From positions 33,976,001-34,040,000 of the forward strand of contig NC_086378.1 of the NCBI RefSeq assembly GCF_036588685.1: 64,000 nucleotides of DNA, given 5' to 3'. This document shows, in pieces, positions 35,837 through 54,590 of this stretch; positions within the stretch are counted from its first letter, which is position 1; every line of letters starts with the position of its first letter. The notes below the pieces were generated by a model that made no database searches, was not told the DNA's origin, and worked only from the letters and a program-made list of their open reading frames with translations. The DNA comes from Mytilus trossulus (lineage: Eukaryota). Both the position numbers and the translations under genes were made by a program.

Positions 35837-37552
35837 CTATTTGTGGTGATTAGTTAAATAATACTTTCCGTCTAACAGCGACTCTTTATATATCACCAAC
35901 GCGGCCGTAAAAGAAGTATCACACATTTTCAGTTAACTGTTGTCTGATTGGCTTACGTTGTTTTATTCCGGGAGGTAACTCTGTACTGCCTTAAACTGTG
36001 TACACTTTCAATCCACTTTTTCATTCTAGGTCTGAAAAATATAATAATTCATATCAGACAGTAAATTTTTAAGAAAAAACTATTATTTCAATCGGAATAA
36101 AAATGACTGAAGGAGACAAAAAAAGTTCCAAAATGTTGAAAAGTTTTCATTTTAAGATAGAATAGTATGATAAATAAATGATAAATGAAAATCACTTTAG
36201 ACAGTCAAAATTATAAAGATAATTATTTGCTTTCTCTGAACAGACATTTTCATTCAATGACAATACACATTTCAACTTAATGGAATGGAATTTAGTTGGG
36301 GAAAAAATAAACCTCACAGACATATCTAGGAATACTGGTTATCTATTTGTCTATTTGATGTATCCAGAAATTGGATACATCACAGGATTTTACATGCTTG
36401 CAGTTTTCTACCTGTCTTTCATAACTCAACATCATCTGTCAAAGCTGTGCTTGCCATCCATCAACGATCTGCTGCAGGTACTTCAGATCATAAATGGGAG
36501 AATGTATGAATAAAACTGTTACTGTTATTACTATTAAAGATTTTTTTTTCTAGGTATTACAGTGAAGAAAAGAGATGCCCCTGACTGCGGGTAAAACTTC
36601 TTATGTGTGCATCTTCCTTTCAATTTTATTTTTAAACGCCATTCTATATTTATCCACAGTATGACGATGACAATTTCATCAGCCAATCCAATAAAAATGT
36701 TAATGCGCACACATGTACTTACTATTCTGAAGACTTCTTTTAGCCAGAAAAGTTTATAATAAGTCTGAAAACCACTTTTTATCATATAAAAAAGCTTATA
36801 AGTGCAAGATATATGCTTACATGGACTTCCTACATTGAAATTTTGTGGGGACTACTTGGACCCGTACCGAAATTATATTAATTTAAATAGAAATTTCATG
36901 ATTTTGTTAACTAGCAGCAAGACAAGACTCTAAAGTGGACAAAATATATTACTACATACATGATAAAAAAATTCTTTACAATTCTGACTGAAAAAGAGCT
37001 CTAAATTTTTGATAAAAGTACCCTGTAATATCAGCTTTTCTAAAAGAAATATTCAAATTAATGAATTATACAAGATATTTAAACTCTAACTTAAAAAAAA
37101 AGGTTATATTTTGGCCAGTTGGTGGTTCTCTTTCTTTGGTCTAGACTACTGGTGTAAATAATACATCAAAAGAAGACAAGACAAAACAAGCGAAGAAAAG
37201 AAAAGAACAGAAGTACAGATAGAAACATTTATATGTTGATCTTTTTTTATATAATGTACTATTTAATATTCTACACACAAGGACATACATGTACCATGAT
37301 AAACAAACACCCCCCTTTTTTTTGTGATGAGACTTGTGTGTATATATATATCATAAAATTTATTTTTTGTCTATGTATTGCTTTGCATATAGATGGATTC
37401 AACAAGAAGAAATAAAAGAGAGAGAGAGAGATGGGGAAAAGAGGGGTTCGGCTATGTTTCTAATTTTCATGTACAACAATTTATAGATTCTTTTTGAAAA
37501 TATTGGTGGCCCTGAAAAGGGCCGTTATGTTTTGGTGAAAAAATCACACTTC

Positions 37553-38069
<517 letters not shown>

Positions 38070-39246
38070 TCACCACTTACATAAAGCTGGCGTTGATTGG
38101 TCCGCATATCTTAAATCTGATTGGACTGATTTGTAAGGGACTTTGACAGTTTTCAATCCATTTTTTACTGAAAAACTGCTCAACCCAAGCTGACAGTAAA
38201 AATGCCCCCTTTTTTCATTCATAATTACAGTTTCTGATCATCCCTCATAGCTCAACAATAGTAAATTAGTGTCACGGTTTCAATATGATAAATCTGAAGA
38301 AGAAAAATAATAATAATGAAAAAAGGTCAAAATACATGCAGAAACATTAAGGAAAGGAACGAAAAATAAAAACAGGAAAAAATAAAAATAAAATGCAGTT
38401 ATAACACAACAAAGCGAAATAAAAATAAAAAACAGAAACAAATGGAATTACACATTCCCGACATGACATTGTGCGGATCGGCTGAGTTTCTTTATTGTTG
38501 TATTATGTCATATTTATGTATATTTAATATAAAAAAAGAAGATGTGGTATGATTTTCATTTGGGCTGGGCACATTTGTCACATTGTCTGATTGTCGGTGT
38601 GCTTACATCAATTCCACATCTTTAATACACAAACAATAACTAAATAAAGACAGAAAGACAGAGAGAGAGATGCTGAAAAAAATGGAAAAAGGAAAAGAAT
38701 GGAAAGTACATATCATATATAAAAGTGTTGACGAAAGAGATAATGTTAACAAAAACTATAAATAATTATAATAATAAAAAAAAACCACACACCTTCTCAG
38801 ATGAATCTAAGCATGCTCGCATCAATAACCAAGAGAGAGAAAGAAGAGAGCAGACTAGTATTAAATATAAATACTATCAGTGGTTTTTTTTCCCCCCGAC
38901 AAACATTATATGATTTAACTGAGCTACTTGTGGGTTCAAAGAGTCAGAAAGTACGACAATAAATGTTCTGATGAAGAAGACTGAAAAAGTTACTAGACTT
39001 AGTGTTATGCTATAAGAACTGTACTTAAATGGGATGCGTTAGAGAGAGAAGAAAAGAAGAATCACGGAAGAAGGGACATTTATATTTTAGACATTTTTTA
39101 TTTGTTATGTAGTAGAATATATTTTTTCAATTATGTATGGGGAATAAAGTATTACTAAGATGTACAACAATTTTAGACTCTTTTTGAAAAATATTGGTGG
39201 CCTGAAAAGGGCCGTTGTTAAGTGAGTAATCCGATATATCCACTTT

Positions 39247-39623
39247 TTACTTGGCAGCTTTCTGGGTCTTCTTTGCAGAAGTACAGCCTGGATGTTTGGT
39301 AAAACACCTCCCTGGGCAATGGTGACACCAGACAAGAGTTTGTTCAACTCTTCGTCGTTTCTGATGGCCAACTGGAGATGACGGGGAATGATTCTGCTCT
39401 TCTTGTTGTCACGAGCGGCGTTTCCTGCCAACTCCAATACTTCAGCTGCTAAGTATTCTAAGACAGCTGCGAGGTACACTGGTGCACCGGCACCAACTCT
39501 CTCGGCATAGTTTCCTTTCCTCAAAAGTCTGTGGATACGACCGACTGGGAACTGAAGTCCGGCACGGGATGACCTAGACTTTGCCTTTGCTTTTGCTTTT
39601 CCTCCTTTTCCTCGTCCTGACAT
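39247..39623 (-). CDS. H2A: Histone H2A with 1-bp deletion frameshift near C-terminus (probable sequencing error)
   Basis: ctttgcag near 39275 versus ctttggcag elsewhere; reads [10 protein letters not shown] instead of [10 protein letters not shown]. Confidence 0.85.
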
Positions 39624-39899
39624 TTTGTACTATTTGGTTGATCGACACTGAGTAAAGTGATACAATTTTTCTTCAAAATTTAGCTTATATACCCACTAAA
39701 CGGATTGAACGATGTTTTTATTATACACCAATCAGAACGAAGCTCTCTGCGAGCAGTTAGGCTACCGAACATTCAACATGTTATGGGTGCTCTCTCCGAG
39801 GTTCGCGTTTAATAAAATCTTTCAATCCGTTTTGCCCAGTATATAAACAAATTGAAAATAATTTTTCACCATTACTTATTTGATTATCAAACCAGTAAC

Positions 39900-40274
39900 A
39901 TGCCACCCAAAGTAGGAACTAAAGGAGCCAAGAAGGCCGTCACCAAGGCAAAGACTGCCAGACCCGGCGGTGATAAGAAAAGGAGGAGGAAGAGACGTGA
40001 ATCCTATGCTATCTACATCTACAAAGTCTTGAGACAAGTTCACCCCGACACCGGAGTGTCCTCAAAGGCAATGTCCATCATGAACAGCTTCGTCAACGAT
40101 ATCTTCGAGAGAATCGCAGCAGAGGCTTCCCGATTGGCACACTACAACAAAAGATCTACCATCACATCCCGGGAGATCCAGACCGCTGTCCGTCTTCTCT
40201 TACCCGGAGAATTGGCCAAGCACGCTGTCAGTGAAGGTACCAAAGCCGTCACTAAATACACCAGCAGCAAGTAA
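39900..40274 (+). CDS. H2B: Histone H2B
   Basis: Identical translation. Confidence 0.99.
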   Translation: MPPKVGTKGAKKAVTKAKTARPGGDKKRRRKRRESYAIYIYKVLRQVHPDTGVSSKAMSIMNSFVNDIFERIAAEASRLAHYNKRSTITSREIQTAVRLLLPGELAKHAVSEGTKAVTKYTSSK

Positions 40275-41124
40275 ACAGTCTGAAGTTTATAACTTCACAA
40301 ACGGCCCTTTTCAGGGCCACCAACATTTTTCAAAAGAATTTACATTTGTTGTACATCAATGTCAAACTTCTAAACAAAGCTATAAATCCCAACCCCAGCT
40401 ATAACCACTTTCAAACTATTTCAATAGTATATGGTTACTTTTCTCTTCTTTCTATCTGTATAACAAATATACGTGTATTTCACTCATTCTGTAGCATTTA
40501 ATTTGTCTGTCAAAACTACAAAGCGTAAATACATAAATCATGAAGAACAAAACAGTGCTTTCATTCCAATTAATAGAGTTGATAAATTTACGATTTCTTT
40601 TGCTTTTCGAGAGAAAAAAAATATTGCGAGAATTATTTTACACGGAAACAAGAACATTACCTAATCTTAAACCACGCAAAAAAACCTCTATAATTGAATA
40701 TAACAGAATCTACAGATTTTGTGTGTAAAAGTCCGTGCATTTTGTTTTGAAATTTTCTCTCTTCATGTAGGCAAATGCACGGACTTGATCTTTGAACGTA
40801 TTCATAAACCTTCAGAAATATAAATTCTCAAATAAATACAAGAGTAAGAGTAAGGAAGTTAATTAAAAAGAAAGCCAGATATTTAAAAAAAAAAAGGGGG
40901 GGGGGGGGGGTATAACGAGAGAGAGAAAATAGTTGCGGATCAGGATCAGGGAAAACAAGAAAAACGGTTGAAAAATTCATGAACATTAGAGAAAAGAATA
41001 GAAGTGGGAGCAAGCTTTGATTTCAAGATTTTGTTTAAAACGATGTACAACAAATCTAAGATTCTTTTTGAAAAATGTTGGTGGCCCTGAAAAGGGCCGT
41101 TGTTGATATTAGCTGGGTGGCTGT

Positions 41125-41442
<318 letters not shown>

Positions 41443-42591
41443 CTATTGTGGTGATTAGTTAAATAATACTTTCCGTCTAACAGCGACTCTTTATATATCA
41501 CCAACGCGGCCGTAAAAGAAGTATCACACATTTTCAGTTAACTGTTGTCTGATTGGCTTACGTTGTTTTATTCCGGGAGGTAACTCTGTACTGCCTTAAA
41601 CTGTGTACACTTTCAATCCACTTTTTCATTCTAGGTCTGAAAAATATAATAATTCATATCAGACAGTAAATTTTTAAGAAAAAACTATTATTTCAATCGG
41701 AATAAAAATGACTGAAGGAGACAAAAAAAGTTCCAAAATGTTGAAAAGTTTTCATTTTAAGATAGAATAGTATGATAAATAAATGATAAATGAAAATCAC
41801 TTTAGACAGTCAAAATTATAAAGATAATTATTTGCTTTCTCTGAACAGACATTTTCATTCAATGACAATACACATTTCAACTTAATGGAATGGAATTTAG
41901 TTGGGGAAAAAATAAACCTCACAGACATATCTAGGAATACTGGTTATCTATTTGTCTATTTGATGTATCCAGAAATTGGATACATCACAGGATTTTACAT
42001 GCTTGCAGTTTTCTACCTGTCTTTCATAACTCAACATCATCTGTCAAAGCTGTGCTTGCCATCCATCAACGATCTGCTGCAGGTACTTCAGATCATAAAT
42101 GGGAGAATGTATGAATAAAACTGTTACTGTTATTACTATTAAAGATTTTTTTTTCTAGGTATTACAGTGAAGAAAAGAGATGCCCCTGACTGCGGGTAAA
42201 ACTTCTTATGTGTGCATCTTCCTTTCAATTTTATTTTTAAACGCCATTCTATATTTATCCACAGTATGACGATGACAATTTCATCAGCCAATCCAATAAA
42301 AATGTTAATGCGCACACATGTACTTACTATTCTGAAGACTTCTTTTAGCCAGAAAAGTTATAATAAGTCTGAAACCACTTTTTATCATATAAAAAAGCTT
42401 ATAAGTGCAAGATATATGCTTACATGGACTTCCTACATTGAAATTTTGTGGGGACTACTTGGACCCGTACCGAAATTATATTAATTTAAATAGAAATTTC
42501 ATGATTTTGTTAACTAGCAGCAAGACAAGACTCTAAAGTGGACAAAATATATTACTACATACATGATAAAAAAATTCTTTACAATTCCTGA

Positions 42592-42691
42592 NNNNNNNNN
42601 NNNNNNNNNNNNNNNNNNNNNNNNNNNNNNNNNNNNNNNNNNNNNNNNNNNNNNNNNNNNNNNNNNNNNNNNNNNNNNNNNNNNNNNNNNN
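42592..42691. other. Assembly gap (100 N)
   Basis: Exactly 100 Ns; repeat phase is discontinuous across it. Confidence 0.99.
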
Positions 42692-42711
42692 CCTTTTCCT
42701 CGTCCTGACAT
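42692..42711 (-). CDS. H2A: Histone H2A, first codons only (cut by gap)
   Basis: MSGRGK preceded by the H2A/H2B promoter. Confidence 0.9.
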
Positions 42712-42987
42712 TTTGTACTATTTGGTTGATCGACACTGAGTAAAGTGATACAATTTTTCTTCAAAATTTAGCTTATATACCCACTAAACGGATTGAACGA
42801 TGTTTTTATTATACACCAATCAGAACGAAGCTCTCTGCGAGCAGTTAGGCTACCGAACATTCAACATGTTATGGGTGCTCTCTCCGAGGTTCGCGTTTAA
42901 TAAAATCTTTCAATCCGTTTTGCCCAGTATATAAACAAATTGAAAATAATTTTTCACCATTACTTATTTGATTATCAAACCAGTAAC

Positions 42988-43362
42988 ATGCCACCCAAAG
43001 TAGGAACTAAAGGAGCCAAGAAGGCCGTCACCAAGGCAAAGACTGCCAGACCCGGCGGTGATAAGAAAAGGAGGAGGAAGAGACGTGAATCCTATGCTAT
43101 CTACATCTACAAAGTCTTGAGACAAGTTCACCCCGACACCGGAGTGTCCTCAAAGGCAATGTCCATCATGAACAGCTTCGTCAACGATATCTTCGAGAGA
43201 ATCGCAGCAGAGGCTTCCCGATTGGCACACTACAACAAAAGATCTACCATCACATCCCGGGAGATCCAGACCGCTGTCCGTCTTCTCTTACCCGGAGAAT
43301 TGGCCAAGCACGCTGTCAGTGAAGGTACCAAAGCCGTCACTAAATACACCAGCAGCAAGTAA
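42988..43362 (+). CDS. H2B: Histone H2B
   Basis: Identical translation. Confidence 0.99.
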   Translation: MPPKVGTKGAKKAVTKAKTARPGGDKKRRRKRRESYAIYIYKVLRQVHPDTGVSSKAMSIMNSFVNDIFERIAAEASRLAHYNKRSTITSREIQTAVRLLLPGELAKHAVSEGTKAVTKYTSSK

Positions 43363-44214
43363 ACAGTCTGAAGTTTATAACTTCACAAACGGCCCTTTTC
43401 AGGGCCACCAACATTTTTCAAAAAGAATTTACATTTGTTGTACATCAATGTCAAACTTCTAAACAAAGCTATAAATCCCAACCCCAGCTATAACCACTTT
43501 CAAACTATTTCAATAGTATATGGTTACTTTTCTCTTCTTTCTATCTGTATAACAAATATACGTGTATTTCACTCATTCTGTAGCATTTAATTTGTCTGTC
43601 AAAACTACAAAGCGTAAATACATAAATCATGAAGAACAAAACAGTGCTTTCATTCCAATTAATAGAGTTGATAAATTTACGATTTCTTTTGCTTTTCGAG
43701 AGAAAAAAAATATTGCGAGAATTATTTTACACGGAAACAAGAACATTACCTAATCTTAAACCACGCAAAAAAAAACCTCTATAATTGAATATAACAGAAT
43801 CTACAGATTTTGTGTGTAAAAGTCCGTGCATTTTGTTTTGAAATTTTCTCTCTTCATGTAGGCAAATGCACGGACTTGATCTTTGAACGTATTCATAAAC
43901 CTTCAGAAATATAAATTCTCAAATAAATACAAGAGTAAGAGTAAGGAAGTTAATTAAAAAGAAAGCCAGATATTTAAAAAAAAAAAGGGGGGGGGGGGGG
44001 TATAACGAGAGAGAGAAAATAGTTGCGGATCAGGATCAGGGAAAACAAGAAAAACGGTTGAAAAATTCATGAACATTAGAGAAAAGAATAGAAGTGGGAG
44101 CAAGCTTTGATTTCAAGATTTTGTTTAAAACGATGTACAACAAATCTAAGATTCTTTTTGAAAAATGTTGGTGGCCCTGAAAAGGGCCGTTGTTGATATT
44201 AGCTGGGTGGCTGT

Positions 44215-44532
<318 letters not shown>

Positions 44533-46249
44533 CTATTTGTGGTGATTAGTTAAATAATACTTTCCGTCTAACAGCGACTCTTTATATATCACCAACGCGG
44601 CCGTAAAAGAAGTATCACACATTTTCAGTTAACTGTTGTCTGATTGGCTTACGTTGTTTTATTCCGGGAGGTAACTCTGTACTGCCTTAAACTGTGTACA
44701 CTTTCAATCCACTTTTTCATTCTAGGTCTGAAAAATATAATAATTCATATCAGACAGTAAATTTTTAAGAAAAAACTATTATTTCAATCGGAATAAAAAT
44801 GACTGAAGGAGACAAAAAAAGTTCCAAAATGTTGAAAAGTTTTCATTTTAAGATAGAATAGTATGATAAATAAATGATAAATGAAAATCACTTTAGACAG
44901 TCAAAATTATAAAGATAATTATTTGCTTTCTCTGAACAGACATTTTCATTCAATGACAATACACATTTCAACTTAATGGAATGGAATTTAGTTGGGGAAA
45001 AAATAAACCTCACAGACATATCTAGGAATACTGGTTATCTATTTGTCTATTTGATGTATCCAGAAATTGGATACATCACAGGATTTTACATGCTTGCAGT
45101 TTTCTACCTGTCTTTCATAACTCAACATCATCTGTCAAAGCTGTGCTTGCCATCCATCAACGATCTGCTGCAGGTACTTCAGATCATAAATGGGAGAATG
45201 TATGAATAAAACTGTTACTGTTATTACTATTAAAGATTTTTTTTTCTAGGTATTACAGTGAAGAAAAGAGATGCCCCTGACTGCGGGTAAAACTTCTTAT
45301 GTGTGCATCTTCCTTTCAATTTTATTTTTAAACGCCATTCTATATTTATCCACAGTATGACGATGACAATTTCATCAGCCAATCCAATAAAAATGTTAAT
45401 GCGCACACATGTACTTACTATTCTGAAGACTTCTTTTAGCCAGAAAAGTTTATAATAAGTCTGAAAACCACTTTTTATCATATAAAAAAGCTTATAAGTG
45501 CAAGATATATGCTTACATGGACTTCCTACATTGAAATTTTGTGGGGACTACTTGGACCCGTACCGAAATTATATTAATTTAAATAGAAATTTCATGATTT
45601 TGTTAACTAGCAGCAAGACAAGACTCTAAAGTGGACAAAATATATTACTACATACATGATAAAAAAATTCTTTACAATTCTGACTGAAAAAGAGCTCTAA
45701 ATTTTTGATAAAAGTACCCTGTAATATCAGCTTTTCTAAAAGAAATATTCAAATTAATGAATTATACAAGATATTTAAACTCTAACTTAAAAAAAAAGGT
45801 TATATTTTGGCCAGTTGGTGGTTCTCTTTCTTTGGTCTAGACTACTGGTGTAAATAATACATCAAAAGAAGACAAGACAAAACAAGCGAAGAAAAGAAAA
45901 GAACAGAAGTACAGATAGAAACATTTATATGTTGATCTTTTTTTATATAATGTACTATTTAATATTCTACACACAAGGACATACATGTACCATGATAAAC
46001 AAACACCCCCCTTTTTTTTGTGATGAGACTTGTGTGTATATATATATCATAAAATTTATTTTTTGTCTATGTATTGCTTTGCATATAGATGGATTCAACA
46101 AGAAGAAATAAAAGAGAGAGAGAGAGATGGGGAAAAGAGGGGTTCGGCTATGTTTCTAATTTTCATGTACAACAATTTATAGATTCTTTTTGAAAAATAT
46201 TGGTGGCCCTGAAAAGGGCCGTTATGTTTTGGTGAAAAAATCACACTTC

Positions 46250-46765
<516 letters not shown>

Positions 46766-47946
46766 TCACCACTTACATAAAGCTGGCGTTGATTGGTCCG
46801 CATATCTTAAATCTGATTGGACTGATTTGTAAGGGACTTTGACAGTTTTCAATCCATTTTTTACTGAAAAACTGCTCAACCCAAGCTGACAGTAAAAATG
46901 CCCCCTTTTTTCATTCATAATTACAGTTTCTGATCATCCCTCATAGCTCAACAATAGTAAATTAGTGTCACGGTTTCAATATGATAAATCTGAAGAAGAA
47001 AAATAATAATAATGAAAAAAGGTCAAAATACATGCAGAAACATTAAGGAAAGGAACGAAAAATAAAAACAGGAAAAAATAAAAATAAAATGCAGTTATAA
47101 CACAAACAAAGCGAAATAAAAATAAAAAAACAGAAACAAATGGAATTACACATTCCCGACATGACATTGTGCGGATCGGCTGAGTTTCTTTATTGTTGTA
47201 TTATGTCATATTTATGTATATTTAATATAAAAAAAGAAGATGTGGTATGATTTTCATTTGGGCTGGGCACATTTGTCACATTGTCTGATTGTCGGTGTGC
47301 TTACATCAATTCCACATCTTTAATACACAAACAATAACTAAATAAAGACAGAAAGACAGAGAGAGAGATGCTGAAAAAAATGGAAAAAGGAAAAGAATGG
47401 AAAGTACATATCATATATAAAAGTGTTGACGAAAGAGATAATGTTAACAAAAACTATAAATAATTATAATAATAAAAAAAAACCACACACCTTCTCAGAT
47501 GAATCTAAGCATGCTCGCATCAATAACCAAGAGAGAGAAAGAAGAGAGCAGACTAGTATTAAATATAAATACTATCAGTGGTTTTTTTTCCCCCCGACAA
47601 ACATTATATGATTTAACTGAGCTACTTGTGGGTTCAAAGAGTCAGAAAGTACGACAATAAATGTTCTGATGAAGAAGACTGAAAAAGTTACTAGACTTAG
47701 TGTTATGCTATAAGAACTGTACTTAAATGGGATGCGTTAGAGAGAGAAGAAAAGAAGAATCACGGAAGAAGGGACATTTATATTTTAGACATTTTTTATT
47801 TGTTATGTAGTAGAATATATTTTTTTCAATTATGTATGGGGAATAAAGTATTACTAAGATGTACAACAATTTTAGACTCTTTTTGAAAAATATTGGTGGC
47901 CCTGAAAAGGGCCGTTGTTAAGTGAGTAATCCGATATATCCACTTT

Positions 47947-48330
<384 letters not shown>

Positions 48331-48600
48331 CTATTTGGTTGATCGACACTGAGTAAAGTGATACAATTTTTCTTCAAAATTTAGCTTATATACCCACTAA
48401 ACGGATTGAACGATGTTTTTATTATACACCAATCAGAACGAAGCTCTCTGCGAGCAGTTAGGCTACCGAACATTCAACATGTTATGGGTGCTCTCTCCGA
48501 GGTTCGCGTTTAATAAAATCTTTCAATCCGTTTTGCCCAGTATATAAACAAATTGAAAATAATTTTTCACCATTACTTATTTGATTATCAAACCAGTAAC

Positions 48601-48975
48601 ATGCCACCCAAAGTAGGAACTAAAGGAGCCAAGAAGGCCGTCACCAAGGCAAAGACTGCCAGACCCGGCGGTGATAAGAAAAGGAGGAGGAAGAGACGTG
48701 AATCCTATGCTATCTACATCTACAAAGTCTTGAGACAAGTTCACCCCGACACCGGAGTGTCCTCAAAGGCAATGTCCATCATGAACAGCTTCGTCAACGA
48801 TATCTTCGAGAGAATCGCAGCAGAGGCTTCCCGATTGGCACACTACAACAAAAGATCTACCATCACATCCCGGGAGATCCAGACCGCTGTCCGTCTTCTC
48901 TTACCCGGAGAATTGGCCAAGCACGCTGTCAGTGAAGGTACCAAAGCCGTCACTAAATACACCAGCAGCAAGTAA
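48601..48975 (+). CDS. H2B: Histone H2B
   Basis: Identical translation. Confidence 0.99.
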   Translation: MPPKVGTKGAKKAVTKAKTARPGGDKKRRRKRRESYAIYIYKVLRQVHPDTGVSSKAMSIMNSFVNDIFERIAAEASRLAHYNKRSTITSREIQTAVRLLLPGELAKHAVSEGTKAVTKYTSSK

Positions 48976-49827
48976 ACAGTCTGAAGTTTATAACTTCACA
49001 AACGGCCCTTTTCAGGGCCACCAACATTTTTCAAAAAGAATTTACATTTGTTGTACATCAATGTCAAACTTCTAAACAAAGCTATAAATCCCAACCCCAG
49101 CTATAACCACTTTCAAACTATTTCAATAGTATATGGTTACTTTTCTCTTCTTTCTATCTGTATAACAAATATACGTGTATTTCACTCATTCTGTAGCATT
49201 TAATTTGTCTGTCAAAACTACAAAGCGTAAATACATAAATCATGAAGAACAAAACAGTGCTTTCATTCCAATTAATAGAGTTGATAAATTTACGATTTCT
49301 TTTGCTTTTCGAGAGAAAAAAAATATTGCGAGAATTATTTTACACGGAAACAAGAACATTACCTAATCTTAAACCACGCAAAAAAAACCTCTATAATTGA
49401 ATATAACAGAATCTACAGATTTTGTGTGTAAAAGTCCGTGCATTTTGTTTTGAAATTTTCTCTCTTCATGTAGGCAAATGCACGGACTTGATCTTTGAAC
49501 GTATTCATAAACCTTCAGAAATATAAATTCTCAAATAAATACAAGAGTAAGAGTAAGGAAGTTAATTAAAAAGAAAGCCAGATATTTAAAAAAAAAAAGG
49601 GGGGGGGGGGGGGTATAACGAGAGAGAGAAAATAGTTGCGGATCAGGATCAGGGAAAACAAGAAAAACGGTTGAAAAATTCATGAACATTAGAGAAAAGA
49701 ATAGAAGTGGGAGCAAGCTTTGATTTCAAGATTTTGTTTAAAACGATGTACAACAAATCTAAGATTCTTTTTGAAAAATGTTGGTGGCCCTGAAAAGGGC
49801 CGTTGTTGATATTAGCTGGGTGGCTGT

Positions 49828-50145
<318 letters not shown>

Positions 50146-51862
50146 CTATTTGTGGTGATTAGTTAAATAATACTTTCCGTCTAACAGCGACTCTTTATAT
50201 ATCACCAACGCGGCCGTAAAAGAAGTATCACACATTTTCAGTTAACTGTTGTCTGATTGGCTTACGTTGTTTTATTCCGGGAGGTAACTCTGTACTGCCT
50301 TAAACTGTGTACACTTTCAATCCACTTTTTCATTCTAGGTCTGAAAAATATAATAATTCATATCAGACAGTAAATTTTTAAGAAAAAACTATTATTTCAA
50401 TCGGAATAAAAATGACTGAAGGAGACAAAAAAAGTTCCAAAATGTTGAAAAGTTTTCATTTTAAGATAGAATAGTATGATAAATAAATGATAAATGAAAA
50501 TCACTTTAGACAGTCAAAATTATAAAGATAATTATTTGCTTTCTCTGAACAGACATTTTCATTCAATGACAATACACATTTCAACTTAATGGAATGGAAT
50601 TTAGTTGGGGAAAAAATAAACCTCACAGACATATCTAGGAATACTGGTTATCTATTTGTCTATTTGATGTATCCAGAAATTGGATACATCACAGGATTTT
50701 ACATGCTTGCAGTTTTCTACCTGTCTTTCATAACTCAACATCATCTGTCAAAGCTGTGCTTGCCATCCATCAACGATCTGCTGCAGGTACTTCAGATCAT
50801 AAATGGGAGAATGTATGAATAAAACTGTTACTGTTATTACTATTAAAGATTTTTTTTTCTAGGTATTACAGTGAAGAAAAGAGATGCCCCTGACTGCGGG
50901 TAAAACTTCTTATGTGTGCATCTTCCTTTCAATTTTATTTTTAAACGCCATTCTATATTTATCCACAGTATGACGATGACAATTTCATCAGCCAATCCAA
51001 TAAAAATGTTAATGCGCACACATGTACTTACTATTCTGAAGACTTCTTTTAGCCAGAAAAGTTTATAATAAGTCTGAAAACCACTTTTTATCATATAAAA
51101 AAGCTTATAAGTGCAAGATATATGCTTACATGGACTTCCTACATTGAAATTTTGTGGGGACTACTTGGACCCGTACCGAAATTATATTAATTTAAATAGA
51201 AATTTCATGATTTTGTTAACTAGCAGCAAGACAAGACTCTAAAGTGGACAAAATATATTACTACATACATGATAAAAAAATTCTTTACAATTCTGACTGA
51301 AAAAGAGCTCTAAATTTTTGATAAAAGTACCCTGTAATATCAGCTTTTCTAAAAGAAATATTCAAATTAATGAATTATACAAGATATTTAAACTCTAACT
51401 TAAAAAAAAAGGTTATATTTTGGCCAGTTGGTGGTTCTCTTTCTTTGGTCTAGACTACTGGTGTAAATAATACATCAAAAGAAGACAAGACAAAACAAGC
51501 GAAGAAAAGAAAAGAACAGAAGTACAGATAGAAACATTTATATGTTGATCTTTTTTTATATAATGTACTATTTAATATTCTACACACAAGGACATACATG
51601 TACCATGATAAACAAACACCCCCCTTTTTTTTGTGATGAGACTTGTGTGTATATATATATCATAAAATTTATTTTTTGTCTATGTATTGCTTTGCATATA
51701 GATGGATTCAACAAGAAGAAATAAAAGAGAGAGAGAGAGATGGGGAAAAGAGGGGTTCGGCTATGTTTCTAATTTTCATGTACAACAATTTATAGATTCT
51801 TTTTGAAAAATATTGGTGGCCCTGAAAAGGGCCGTTATGTTTTGGTGAAAAAATCACACTTC

Positions 51863-52378
<516 letters not shown>

Positions 52379-53561
52379 TCACCACTTACATAAAGCTGGC
52401 GTTGATTGGTCCGCATATCTTAAATCTGATTGGACTGATTTGTAAGGGACTTTGACAGTTTTCAATCCATTTTTTACTGAAAAACTGCTCAACCCAAGCT
52501 GACAGTAAAAATGCCCCCTTTTTTCATTCATAATTACAGTTTCTGATCATCCCTCATAGCTCAACAATAGTAAATTAGTGTCACGGTTTCAATATGATAA
52601 ATCTGAAGAAGAAAAATAATAATAATGAAAAAAGGTCAAAATACATGCAGAAACATTAAGGAAAGGAACGAAAAATAAAAACAGGAAAAAATAAAAATAA
52701 AATGCAGTTATAACACAAACAAAGCGAAATAAAAATAAAAAAACAGAAACAAATGGAATTACACATTCCCGACATGACATTGTGCGGATCGGCTGAGTTT
52801 CTTTATTGTTGTATTATGTCATATTTATGTATATTTAATATAAAAAAAGAAGATGTGGTATGATTTTCATTTGGGCTGGGCACATTTGTCACATTGTCTG
52901 ATTGTCGGTGTGCTTACATCAATTCCACATCTTTAATACACAAACAATAACTAAATAAAGACAGAAAGACAGAGAGAGAGAGATGCTGAAAAAAATGGAA
53001 AAAGGAAAAGAATGGAAAGTACATATCATATATAAAAGTGTTGACGAAAGAGATAATGTTAACAAAAACTATAAATAATTATAATAATAAAAAAAAACCA
53101 CACACCTTCTCAGATGAATCTAAGCATGCTCGCATCAATAACCAAGAGAGAGAAAGAAGAGAGCAGACTAGTATTAAATATAAATACTATCAGTGGTTTT
53201 TTTTCCCCCCGACAAACATTATATGATTTAACTGAGCTACTTGTGGGTTCAAAGAGTCAGAAAGTACGACAATAAATGTTCTGATGAAGAAGACTGAAAA
53301 AGTTACTAGACTTAGTGTTATGCTATAAGAACTGTACTTAAATGGGATGCGTTAGAGAGAGAAGAAAAGAAGAATCACGGAAGAAGGGACATTTATATTT
53401 TAGACATTTTTTATTTGTTATGTAGTAGAATATATTTTTTTCAATTATGTATGGGGAATAAAGTATTACTAAGATGTACAACAATTTTAGACTCTTTTTG
53501 AAAAATATTGGTGGCCCTGAAAAGGGCCGTTGTTAAGTGAGTAATCCGATATATCCACTTT

Positions 53562-53945
<384 letters not shown>

Positions 53946-54215
53946 CTATTTGGTTGATCGACACTGAGTAAAGTGATACAATTTTTCTTCAAAATTTAGC
54001 TTATATACCCACTAAACGGATTGAACGATGTTTTTATTATACACCAATCAGAACGAAGCTCTCTGCGAGCAGTTAGGCTACCGAACATTCAACATGTTAT
54101 GGGTGCTCTCTCCGAGGTTCGCGTTTAATAAAATCTTTCAATCCGTTTTGCCCAGTATATAAACAAATTGAAAATAATTTTTCACCATTACTTATTTGAT
54201 TATCAAACCAGTAAC

Positions 54216-54590
54216 ATGCCACCCAAAGTAGGAACTAAAGGAGCCAAGAAGGCCGTCACCAAGGCAAAGACTGCCAGACCCGGCGGTGATAAGAAAAGGA
54301 GGAGGAAGAGACGTGAATCCTATGCTATCTACATCTACAAAGTCTTGAGACAAGTTCACCCCGACACCGGAGTGTCCTCAAAGGCAATGTCCATCATGAA
54401 CAGCTTCGTCAACGATATCTTCGAGAGAATCGCAGCAGAGGCTTCCCGATTGGCACACTACAACAAAAGATCTACCATCACATCCCGGGAGATCCAGACC
54501 GCTGTCCGTCTTCTCTTACCCGGAGAATTGGCCAAGCACGCTGTCAGTGAAGGTACCAAAGCCGTCACTAAATACACCAGCAGCAAGTAA
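54216..54590 (+). CDS. H2B: Histone H2B
   Basis: Identical translation. Confidence 0.99.
   Translation: MPPKVGTKGAKKAVTKAKTARPGGDKKRRRKRRESYAIYIYKVLRQVHPDTGVSSKAMSIMNSFVNDIFERIAAEASRLAHYNKRSTITSREIQTAVRLLLPGELAKHAVSEGTKAVTKYTSSK

Noticed and set aside
39105-39623. Apparent 172-aa long-tailed H2A variant
   Set aside because: Product of a single-base deletion in an error-rich contig end, reading through the stem-loop
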